From Candidatus Multivoradales bacterium (GTDB taxonomy: Bacteria; Acidobacteriota; Thermoanaerobaculia; Multivoradales; JAHEKO01), in NCBI GenBank assembly GCA_965223855.1, contig CBDCXM010000009.1, positions 2,144,001 to 2,208,000 of the forward strand: a stretch of DNA of 64,000 nucleotides. Direction: 5' to 3'. Below the pieces are notes generated by a model. That model did no database searches. It saw only the letters and a list, made by a program, of their open reading frames with translations, and was not told where the DNA came from. A program made the position numbers and the translations under genes. Below are positions 50,201 to 57,882 of the stretch, one piece after another; position 1 is the stretch's first letter; each line of letters opens with the position of its first letter.

Positions 50201-50397
50201 ATCTGGGTCTGGCTCCTGCGCCGGCGACCCCCGGTGGCGGGTACCATGAGCAGGTCGAGGCGCTGCGGCGCCGGCTGGTTCGCGAGGCGCTCCAGAGGGC
50301 GTCCGGGAATCAGGCGGCGGCGGCTCGCGATCTCGGGTTGAGCCGCCAGGCGATGTCCTATCTGGTGCGCCAGCTCGACATCGCACCGGAGTCGTGA
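47212..50397 (+). CDS. Large sigma54-dependent activator (bEBP) with TPR-like N-terminal region
   Basis: GETGTGKE, VNCA, SELFGH.RGAFTGA, FLDEIG, WPGNVREL, C-terminal Fis HTH (GNQAAAARDLGLSR). Confidence 0.92.
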   Translation: MNAASRTLLHPALAPAEGAAPGKADLTDRKRLGVLLQGVALMAHAETAGLWIAAPWSMARLTAAGRLAGVPVSPGTDVDLPQRRASELLLEVFAADRSVAGRGEARSVARRLLELWEQDVEPVAPSRLVEQLLAASPFLWDDEFAEDRTALAAVIDGELFVAGPGGARRRLLEGAPDLEAVQSRLAGTEARALWVGTDRRSPVAWVEEGRWYRALLAWDRRPPENAAQRFHHARALYAVGRFESAKRELKGLRSIAARVLRLGCQSRLGELEAVKRALARWAEALPEGEPRVDLVAIAIRLHANLGEAEKAAGWIEPALRTIRGRWRQRLRLLAAEWCWDRGDARGMECYLAEFDGGEIDDDLRWRRHHVGALAALQQGEGRRAVRRLESALAMRRALRPFEAAGIWNDLALARAQTGDLGGAQRALSHVVRLSGYARGSRRTTLALCNLAEVRLRRGQVAGGREIALRSLSTNERTGNWRAWTEDRALLARFELVQGRPGRAVEWIEETRERLEEVGAPAEAASLAVLEARARGWLGEPEEAAAALDGWLEAVAEVLEPEELPALLALAGRVEEAKEAAQRTDQGLWSSLLAAEGTSCDWSRLEDLEPYRAARLLFDVHRLGLEPPPAAAAARAARVLEQVGAVAWAAELLGRDEAALEATTRYLESSGPWQERLGALAEVLAPDARVSWRDDEREIVLVDGPGGGQVLEESCHGGRARVASPWAGVAERLLVAVTARDLPQNLVAAPRRDAGRSRHRSAILGTSTVLTAALERLDLLAGRELPVLILGETGTGKELAARRLHGASSRSSGPFVAVNCAELSENLLVSELFGHVRGAFTGADRDRAGIFETAAGGVVFLDEIGDLPLTAQGKLLRVLQEREVRRVGESAARPVDTRVVAATHRDLERRVAERTFRQDLWFRLGAGVVTLPPLRERGEDLFILAEHFLAEETVAGGLTAEARRALGAHNWPGNVRELRNVLAVAAALSRGETIEVEHLGLAPAPATPGGGYHEQVEALRRRLVREALQRASGNQAAAARDLGLSRQAMSYLVRQLDIAPES

Positions 50398-50460
50398 AGA
50401 CGTCCCAGCCGCGCTGAGCTCCGACACCGCACCGACCCCCCCAGAAGGCAACCGCCTCCG

Positions 50461-51381
50461 ATGCTGCGCTACGCGATCGCCCGCCTTGCCCAGACCGCAC
50501 CGCTGGCGCTCGTCGTCTGCGCCCTCGTCTTCTCGTTGCTGCACCTGATCCCGGGTGACCCGGTCGAGATCATGCTCGGCGACGGGGCGCGGCCGGCCCA
50601 GGTCGAGGCTCTCCGCGCCGAGCTCGGCCTCGACCGCCCGTTCTACGTGCAGTTCGTGGACTACTTCGCCGGGCTCCTGCGGCTCGATCTGGGTGAGTCA
50701 CTCAGGTTCCGGCGTCCGGTGACGACGCTGCTGCTGGAGCACTATCCGGCTACGCTCGCCCTCGCCGCTGCCAGCATGGTCGCGGCGTTGCTGCTGGCCG
50801 TCCCGCTGGGGATCGTGGCGGCCCTCAGGAGAGGGCGGGCGATCGATCACGCCTCGCGGATCGCGGCGCTCATGGGGGTGTCGATCCCGAACTTCTGGCT
50901 CGGTCCGATGCTCATCTGGTGGTTCGCCATCCAGCTCGACTGGTTGCCGGTCTCGGGGCGCGGCGACTGGCGCCATCTGGTGCTTCCGGCGATCACGCTC
51001 GGGACGGCACTCGCCGGCCTGCTGACCCGCATGGTGCGCTCGTCGCTGGCGCAGGAGCTTACGGCTCCCTATCTGGTCGCCGCCCGGGCGAAGGGGCTGA
51101 GCCGCTCCGCGGCGGTGGCACGACACGGTCTGCGCAATGCGGCGATACCGGTCGTCACTGTCGTCGGACTCCAGTTCGGCGCGCTGCTGACCGGTGCGAT
51201 CATCACCGAAACGATCTTCTCCTGGCCCGGCCTCGGGCGCCTGATCGTGCAGGCGATCCAGGCGCGCGACTATCCCCTGGTGCAGGGGGGCGTCCTCGCG
51301 ATCGCCCTGAGCTATCTGCTGATCAACCTGCTGACCGACCTGACCTACGCGGTGCTCGATGCGCGAATCAGGCTGCGATGA
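50461..51381 (+). CDS. Peptide/nickel ABC permease (DppB/OppB type)
   Basis: PGDP, LGLD.P..VQF, SIPNFWLG, ARAKGL, ETIFSWPGLG, RDYP. Confidence 0.93.
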   Translation: MLRYAIARLAQTAPLALVVCALVFSLLHLIPGDPVEIMLGDGARPAQVEALRAELGLDRPFYVQFVDYFAGLLRLDLGESLRFRRPVTTLLLEHYPATLALAAASMVAALLLAVPLGIVAALRRGRAIDHASRIAALMGVSIPNFWLGPMLIWWFAIQLDWLPVSGRGDWRHLVLPAITLGTALAGLLTRMVRSSLAQELTAPYLVAARAKGLSRSAAVARHGLRNAAIPVVTVVGLQFGALLTGAIITETIFSWPGLGRLIVQAIQARDYPLVQGGVLAIALSYLLINLLTDLTYAVLDARIRLR

Positions 51382-51847
51382 CCGCCGGAGCGAAGCGCGC
51401 CACCAGCGCCTCGAGGCGGCGCACGTCGGTTTCGTCGAAGGCCGCCGGCTGATGAGAATCGACGTCGAGTACGGCTACGACCGCCCCCTGTCCGTCGCGG
51501 ATCGGCACCACGACCTCCGAGCGCGCTGCCGCGTCGCAAGCTATATGCCCGGGAAAGGCGTGCACGTCGGGTACGAGCTGGCTTTTGCCGCTGGTGGCGG
51601 CAGCGCCGCAGACGCCTCGCTCGAACGGGATGTCGACGCAGGCCACCGGGCCCTGGAACGGCCCGACTCTCAGCAGCTCCGGCGCGACGACACGGTAGAA
51701 GCCGGTCCAGCTCGCGTAGGGGAGCGCCGCGTGAATCGCTGCGGCCACGTTGGCCATCGTCGCCACTGGATCTCCCGGCCCGGTCAGCAGGCCCTCGATC
51801 TCGAGCGCCAGAGTGTCGTAGAGCGAGTCCTTTTCCTCCGGGCTCAT
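51368..51847 (-). CDS. msrC: GAF-domain free methionine-(R)-sulfoxide reductase
   Basis: WTGFY, GPFQG.VAC..I...RGVCG, DVHAFPGHIACD....SE.VVP, VLDVDS. Confidence 0.9.
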   Translation of the reverse strand: MSPEEKDSLYDTLALEIEGLLTGPGDPVATMANVAAAIHAALPYASWTGFYRVVAPELLRVGPFQGPVACVDIPFERGVCGAAATSGKSQLVPDVHAFPGHIACDAAARSEVVVPIRDGQGAVVAVLDVDSHQPAAFDETDVRRLEALVARFAPAVIAA

Positions 51848-51873
51848 GCGCCGATTCTAGTGCGAGCGCGAGG

Positions 51874-52740
51874 ATGAGAGCTCTCCTGCGATCGGGTACG
51901 AGGGAAGGGGGTCCACGTCGGCGACCGGTCGGCCTGTGGATCGGCGGCGGGCTCGCCCTGGTCGTCACTCTGGTGGCCCTGCTCGCGCCCTGGTTCCTCC
52001 CGGGCGACGGCGGCGAGCAACGGCTCGACCGGCGGCTCGAAGGGCCGAGCCGGGAGCATCCCCTCGGTCTCGACGAGCTCGGTCGCGACATCCTCTCCCG
52101 GCTTCTCGAGGGGACGCGCGTCTCGTTCGGTGTCGGCCTTGCGGTCGTCCTGCTGGCAGGAGGGTTGGGGACTCTGGTCGGAGCGGTCGCCGGCTACTTC
52201 GGAGGCCGGGTCGACGCGGCGCTGATGCGGCTGACCGATGTCTTCATGTCTTTCCCCGGGATCCTCCTCGCGATCGCCCTCGTCGCGGTGCTCGGTCCGG
52301 CGCTGCGCCACGTGGTGCTTGCGCTGGTCGTGATCGGTTGGGTCGGCTACGCACGTCTGGTCCGAGGGCAGGCGCTCAAGCTCAGGGAGACCGAGTTCGT
52401 CCTCTCTGCCCGCGCGGCCGGCCTGTCCGCCCCGGCGATCCTCGCCCGCCACGTCCTACCGAACATTCTCCCGCTGCTCGTCGTTCAGGCGAGCCTCGGA
52501 ATGGCCGGGGCGATCCTGTCGGAGGCGAGCCTCTCGTTCCTCGGTCTCGGCATCCAGCCGCCGACGCCGTCGTGGGGCGCGATGATCAACGCCGGTCGCA
52601 GCCACCTGATCGGCGCACCCCATCTGGCGCTGTTCCCCGGCCTCGCCATCCTGGCGACGGTGATGGGGCTCAACTTCCTGGGGGACGCCCTCGTCGAATG
52701 GCTGGAGCCGGAGCGCGATCCGGCGGAGTCGGGGCCCTGA
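51874..52740 (+). CDS. Peptide/nickel ABC permease (DppC/OppC type)
   Basis: HPLGLDELGRD, GYFGG..D..LMR..D, YARLVRG, RHVLPN, EASLSFLGLG..PP.PSWG. Confidence 0.93.
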   Translation: MRALLRSGTREGGPRRRPVGLWIGGGLALVVTLVALLAPWFLPGDGGEQRLDRRLEGPSREHPLGLDELGRDILSRLLEGTRVSFGVGLAVVLLAGGLGTLVGAVAGYFGGRVDAALMRLTDVFMSFPGILLAIALVAVLGPALRHVVLALVVIGWVGYARLVRGQALKLRETEFVLSARAAGLSAPAILARHVLPNILPLLVVQASLGMAGAILSEASLSFLGLGIQPPTPSWGAMINAGRSHLIGAPHLALFPGLAILATVMGLNFLGDALVEWLEPERDPAESGP

Positions 52741-53316
52741 CCACGAGGCTCCGGCTCCTTCCAGGCGAGGTTCGAGGGCCAGGCGAGGCCCGGGGGCTCC
52801 TGCCGAGTCGTTCGCATTCTGTGGGAGGTTGCGACCTTCGTCGTCCGGCAGACGGGCGCTAGAGGGTCCTCGACGCTGGACCGGAACCACCCCCACGAAC
52901 GGCCCTGGGAGTGACCGCACTCGGTCGGCAGGTGGGGTTGCTCTCTTCCGGTCAGGCCGGTGAGCCGGTCGCCGGAGCCGGTTGTCGGAGCCGGGCCGGA
53001 CGAGGACCGTCTCCTGCCTCAGCCTGCCCGCCTGCGTCTGCTCCCGGACGGGTGCGTCGGGAGTACCTGCCGCCACATGGGCCTACGCCGTCCTACCTGG
53101 AGCCTTCGCGAACGGCGCGGGCATTCGACTTCGGTCCTTCTTCGGAATTGCAAGACCCGATCCCCTCGCATCCGGTCCGCTCCCGCGATCGAAAAGTCAA
53201 GCAGCAAGGTGCGAGATTCTGCATTTGACCGACCACATCCTTTACACAACAATCGAAACGGCTCGAAGAACCCCGAACAGGAGGGCGGTTGACGCGCCTT
53301 CCGAGAAAGGAGTGAC

Positions 53317-54024
53317 ATGGCAGCAAGAAAGTCGAGCGGGTCGAAGGCCCGCGCTGGCAGCAAGAAGAAAGCGGCGCGCAAGAGCGCAAAGAAAACCGCG
53401 GCAAAGCGCGGCAGGCCTCCCAAGCTTTATACCCTCACCGAGATCGGGAAGCTGGCGGGCATTTCCATGCCGACGCTGCAGAAGTACAAGCGCGAGTATC
53501 AGGACCGCATTCCGTCGGTGGGCGAAGGGCGCAAGCAGCGCTATCCGAAGAGCGCGATCAAGGCTCTCCAGAAGATCAAGCAGGAGAATCTCGCCAAGAG
53601 AGGGCGCCCGCCGCGCGCGAAGACCGGTGGCTCGCGAGCCGGCGGCCCAAAGGCTGGTGGCTCGGGCCGCAAGCGGGCTGCCAGGTCGGCGGCGACTGCC
53701 GCGGGACTGCTGACGCTCAAGGAGGTGCAGCGCCGGACCGGAATCTCCTACCCGACGCTGTCGCGCTACGTGAAGCTGTTTCTCGACCGCATTCCGCACG
53801 AGGGGAGCGGTCGGACCCGCCGTTTCCCCGAAGAGGCAGTCGACGTCTTCCGGCAGATTCGCAGCGAAAGCAAGCCTGGCCGGCCCGCCGGGAAGTCCTC
53901 GGCGAAGGGTGGCGGTGAGACCGATCGCGATCTGGCGACTCGGATCCGCCGGCTCGAGAAGGCGGTGGCCGATCTCGTCGTCAGCCTCAAGAAGCCGATT
54001 CAGGTCACGATCAAGGGTCGCTGA
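53317..54024 (+). CDS. Basic DNA-binding protein: K/A-rich tail, AT-hook motifs and two MerR-like HTH repeats
   Basis: AAAGGAG RBS; KRGRPPK, KRGRPPR, KPGRP; internal duplication LTL.E.....GIS.PTL..Y......RIP..G.GR..R.P. Confidence 0.85.
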   Translation: MAARKSSGSKARAGSKKKAARKSAKKTAAKRGRPPKLYTLTEIGKLAGISMPTLQKYKREYQDRIPSVGEGRKQRYPKSAIKALQKIKQENLAKRGRPPRAKTGGSRAGGPKAGGSGRKRAARSAATAAGLLTLKEVQRRTGISYPTLSRYVKLFLDRIPHEGSGRTRRFPEEAVDVFRQIRSESKPGRPAGKSSAKGGGETDRDLATRIRRLEKAVADLVVSLKKPIQVTIKGR

Positions 54025-55015
54025 CGTCGGCGAAGTGGTCCCACCCGCTGATTGGCAGCGGGTGGCGACCGTCGCCGTCGATCACCTCCAGGCGGTCGCC
54101 CGGCTGGGTGAAGCCGATGGCGGTCGCATCGAACCGGTCGGGGACGCGCACCGTGGGCGGAAGGGCGAACAGCAGAACGTAGTCTTCGCCGCCGCCCAGA
54201 GCGACGTCGATCGGCTCGATCCCGAGTCGCCGCTCGAGGGGAGCGAGGCTGCGGTCGAGCGGCAGCCGGTCGATCTGCACGACCGCTCCCACGCCGCTCT
54301 CGCGGGTCAGCCGGGCGAGGTCGATCGCCAGGCCGTCCGAGACGTCGATGACGGCGCATCTGCGTCGCATCGCGAGCCAGGCTCCGAGGTCGAGCTGCGG
54401 TTCGGGGGCGAGGTGGCGCCGAACCGCGCGCTTTGCTGCCCGGGCGAGGGAGCCGTCCGCCTCGAGTTCCGTCGGTAGCGCGACGCGATTTCCCGCCAGC
54501 CTCGCTCCCCGGGCGACACAGGCCTGGCCGAGTGCAGAGGCGCCGAGCGTGCCGCCGACCCACAGGGTGTCCCCGGGGATCGCACCCCGACGACGCACCC
54601 AGCGGCCTCTAGCCTGTCTCCGGCCGCTCAGTACGAGCGAGGTGACGGCTGTCGGAGCCGTCGCCATGTCGCCACCTGCGAGAGCGATCTGCTGCCGCTC
54701 GCAGGCGAGGACCATGGCGTCGAGGAACCTGCGTCTGTCGAAGTCGGCGGGGATCGCCAGGGTGAGCAGGGCCGCTTCCGGAACGGCCCCCATCGCGGCC
54801 AGGTCGGAGAGGTTGACGGCCAGCAGACGACGCGCCCACACCGCCTCATCCAGATCTTCCGGCACGTGCACGCCGGCGACCTGCTGATCGACGGTCCAGG
54901 CTCGCTCGGCGCTGCCGCGGCCCAGGATCGCAGCGTCGTCGCCCGGCCGATCGTCACCGGCGGGAAGCCTCCGTCGCAACCAGGCGACGAGACCGTCTTC
55001 GCGGTGCCCGCTCAA
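54011..55015 (-). CDS. thiL: Thiamine-monophosphate kinase
   Basis: GDDAA, VNLSDLAAMGA.P, GGD, G.LG, IDVSDGL, GGEDY.LLF, GWDHF. Confidence 0.94.
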   Translation of the reverse strand: MSGHREDGLVAWLRRRLPAGDDRPGDDAAILGRGSAERAWTVDQQVAGVHVPEDLDEAVWARRLLAVNLSDLAAMGAVPEAALLTLAIPADFDRRRFLDAMVLACERQQIALAGGDMATAPTAVTSLVLSGRRQARGRWVRRRGAIPGDTLWVGGTLGASALGQACVARGARLAGNRVALPTELEADGSLARAAKRAVRRHLAPEPQLDLGAWLAMRRRCAVIDVSDGLAIDLARLTRESGVGAVVQIDRLPLDRSLAPLERRLGIEPIDVALGGGEDYVLLFALPPTVRVPDRFDATAIGFTQPGDRLEVIDGDGRHPLPISGWDHFADVSDP

Positions 55016-55028
55016 GCTCCCGGCCCGG

Positions 55029-57407
55029 TCATCGGTCGAGCGCGATGTCGAGGACTTCCGACATGTGCTCGACGTGATGGAACTCGAGCCCTTCCACGAC
55101 GTCCTCCGCGATCTCGGCGAGGTCGCGGAGGTTGAGCTTCGGAATCACGATCTGGCGGATGCCGGCGGCGCGGGCTGCCAGCACCTTCTCCTTGAGCCCG
55201 CCGATCGGCAGCACGTCACCTCGCAGGGTGATTTCTCCGGTCATCGCGACGCGTCGTCGCACCGGCCTTTCCTCGAGCACGGAGAGGATGGCCGCGGCGA
55301 TCGTAATGCCGGCCGACGGGCCGTCCTTGGGCACCGAGCCGGCGGGCACGTGGACGTGGAGGTCGTGCTTCGCGAAGTAGTCCGTCGGAAGCTCGCTGTC
55401 GGCGGCGCGGGCGCGGGCAAAGCTCAGCGCCGCCTGTGCCGACTCCTTCATCACGTCGCCGAGCTGTCCGGTGAGATGCAGCTTGCCGCTACCCGGTACC
55501 GGGACCACCTCGATGAACAGCAGGTCGCCGCCGACCTCTGTCCATGCGAGTCCGGTGGCGACGCCGATTCGATCGCGATCGAGCAGTTCCTCGCTGAAGT
55601 GGCGGCGGGGGCCCAGCAGGTCGGCGATCGAGTCGACGCTCAGCGACACCTTCGTGGCGGTCCCTCCGGCGATCCGGACCGCCGCCTTCCGGCAGACTCT
55701 GGCGATCTCGCGCTCGAGGTTGCGAAGGCCGGCCTCACGCGTGTAGTGCTCGACGATCCTCCGCAGCGCCGCGTCCGTGAATCCGAGTTGCGACTTCCTG
55801 AGCCCGTGCTGTTCGAGTTGTCGGGGGACGAGATGGCGGCGGGCGATCTCCACCTTCTCGTCGACGGTGTATCCGGAGAGACGCAGTACCTCCATCCGGT
55901 CGCGAAAGGCGGGTTGGATCGGCTCGAGGAGGTTGGCCGTCGTGAGGAAGAGCACCTTGGAAAGATCGTAGGGGACGCCGAGGTAATGGTCGCTGAACTC
56001 GGAGTTCTGCTCCGGGTCGAGCACCTCGAGCAGTGCCGAGGAGGGGTCACCGCGGAAGTCGGCGCCGATCTTGTCGATCTCGTCGAGCATGAACACCGGG
56101 TTGGAGGTTCCCGCGCGTTCGATCGCCTGCAGGATCCGCCCCGGCATCGCGCCGACATAGGTTCGTCTGTGGCCGCGAATCTCCGCCTCGTCTCTCACAC
56201 CGCCCAGAGAGAGCCGGCAGAACTCCCGCCCCAGCGCGCGGGCGATGGCTCGGCCGAGTGAGGTCTTGCCGACCCCGGGAGGACCGACGAGACAGAGGAT
56301 CGGGCCCTTCTGGGCAGGGTTGAGTCGTCGCACCGCGAGGTGCTCGATCACCCTTTCCTTGACCCGCTCCAGTCCATGATGGTCCTCGTCGAGAACGTCG
56401 CGGGCGCGATCGAGGTCGAGGTTGTCCTCGCTGACATGCCCCCATGGCAGGCCCGTGAGGGTCTCGAGGTAGGTGCGCAGTACCGAGGTTTCCGCGCTCT
56501 CGGGATGGGTCCGCTCGAGACGCTGGCACTGACGCTCCAACTCATCGACCGCCTCCTGTGGCATCGCGCGCTCCTGCGCGGCCGCGCGGTAGCCGGCGAT
56601 CTCCTCGGTCAGCTCGGCGCCGTCTCCGAGTTCGTCCTGGATCGCCTTGAGCTGCTGGCGGAGGTAGTACTCCCGCTGGCTCTTCTCCATCTCGTCGCGT
56701 GCCTGCAACGAGATCTGCTGCTGCATGTCGAGCAGCTCGACCTCCCGGGCGAGCAGCCGGTGCACCCGGTCGAGCCGGGCGGCCGGATCGAGGGTGGCGA
56801 GAATCTCCTGCGCCTCGCTGCCGACAAGCTCGAGGTTGCTTGCCGCGAGGTCGGCGAGCCGGCCCGGGTCCTCGAGGTTGGCGGCGAGGATCATGACCTC
56901 CGGCGAGATCTGCTTGCCGAGATGAACGACCCGCTCGAGGTTCTCCTTGACCGAGCGCACCCGCGCTTCGACTTCCAGCGCCTCCTCGTGGTCGGGGGGC
57001 GTTGCGTCGAGGGCCTCGTCCGGGCCGCCCTCGGGCAGTTGGGTGATCTTCGCCTGGAGGTAGGGCTCGGTCTGGCTGAAGTGCTCGACGCGCACCCGTG
57101 ACAGGCCCTGCACGAGGATCCGGATCCTCCCGTCCGGCAGCTTGAGCATTCGCATGATGAGGGCCGCGGTGCCGAGCTTGTGAAGCTCGTCCGGTGTCGG
57201 CTGCTCGGAGTGAGGGTCGACCTGTGTCGACAGAAGGATCAGCCGATCCTCGGCCAGCGCTCGATCGACGGCGGCGAGGCTCGCTTCGCGGCCGACCGAG
57301 AGCGGCAGGATGATGTAGGGGAAGAGGACGGTGTTCTTGAGCGGCAGGACCGGCAGCACGTCCGGCAATCGGACCGACTCCTCGGTCTGTGGGGGCAGCT
57401 GAGTCAC
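55029..57407 (-). CDS. lon: ATP-dependent protease La
   Basis: [49 protein letters not shown]. Confidence 0.97.
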   Translation of the reverse strand: MTQLPPQTEESVRLPDVLPVLPLKNTVLFPYIILPLSVGREASLAAVDRALAEDRLILLSTQVDPHSEQPTPDELHKLGTAALIMRMLKLPDGRIRILVQGLSRVRVEHFSQTEPYLQAKITQLPEGGPDEALDATPPDHEEALEVEARVRSVKENLERVVHLGKQISPEVMILAANLEDPGRLADLAASNLELVGSEAQEILATLDPAARLDRVHRLLAREVELLDMQQQISLQARDEMEKSQREYYLRQQLKAIQDELGDGAELTEEIAGYRAAAQERAMPQEAVDELERQCQRLERTHPESAETSVLRTYLETLTGLPWGHVSEDNLDLDRARDVLDEDHHGLERVKERVIEHLAVRRLNPAQKGPILCLVGPPGVGKTSLGRAIARALGREFCRLSLGGVRDEAEIRGHRRTYVGAMPGRILQAIERAGTSNPVFMLDEIDKIGADFRGDPSSALLEVLDPEQNSEFSDHYLGVPYDLSKVLFLTTANLLEPIQPAFRDRMEVLRLSGYTVDEKVEIARRHLVPRQLEQHGLRKSQLGFTDAALRRIVEHYTREAGLRNLEREIARVCRKAAVRIAGGTATKVSLSVDSIADLLGPRRHFSEELLDRDRIGVATGLAWTEVGGDLLFIEVVPVPGSGKLHLTGQLGDVMKESAQAALSFARARAADSELPTDYFAKHDLHVHVPAGSVPKDGPSAGITIAAAILSVLEERPVRRRVAMTGEITLRGDVLPIGGLKEKVLAARAAGIRQIVIPKLNLRDLAEIAEDVVEGLEFHHVEHMSEVLDIALDR

Positions 57408-57414
57408 TCGGCCG

Positions 57415-57873
57415 TCAGCTTCGCTGAGTCACGAGGTTGCGGACCTCGTCCATGAACGCTTCGATGTCCTCGAACTGCCGGTAGACCGAGGCGAAACGGA
57501 CGTAGGCGACCTGGTCGAGCTCCTTGAGGCCCTTCATCAGAACGGCGCCGATCTCGGTCGTCGAGATCTCGCGGTCCTCGCTCTCGCTCAGCCTCAGCTC
57601 GACGTCGTTGACGATTTCCTCGAGGTCGCGCGTGGCGACCGGTCGCTTCTCGCACGCCTTGCGCAGTCCGGTCATCAGCTTGCCGCGGTCGAACTCGGCC
57701 CGCGAGCCGTCGCGCTTGACGACCATGTAGGGGATGTCTTCGAGCCGCTCGTACGACGTGAAACGCCTGCCGCAGGCGAGGCACTCCCGGCGTCTCCGAA
57801 TCGCCAGTCCGTCACGGTTCTCGCGCGAATCGACGACGCGGTCGTCGTTCGCCGAACAGTAGGGACACTTCAT
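57415..57873 (-). CDS. nrdR: Transcriptional repressor NrdR
   Basis: MKCPYC....RVVDSR, IRRRREC..C..RFTSYE, ATP-cone, VAYVRFASVY. Confidence 0.97.
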   Translation of the reverse strand: MKCPYCSANDDRVVDSRENRDGLAIRRRRECLACGRRFTSYERLEDIPYMVVKRDGSRAEFDRGKLMTGLRKACEKRPVATRDLEEIVNDVELRLSESEDREISTTEIGAVLMKGLKELDQVAYVRFASVYRQFEDIEAFMDEVRNLVTQRS

Positions 57874-57882
57874 CTCGAGGCG

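Noticed and set aside
52745-53160. RNase P RNA, tmRNA or SRP RNA
   Set aside because: GAGGAAAGTCC and AACCCGGCTTA, tRNA-like GGGG...CCACCA ends and the SRP GGAAG/AGCAG motif were not found on either strand
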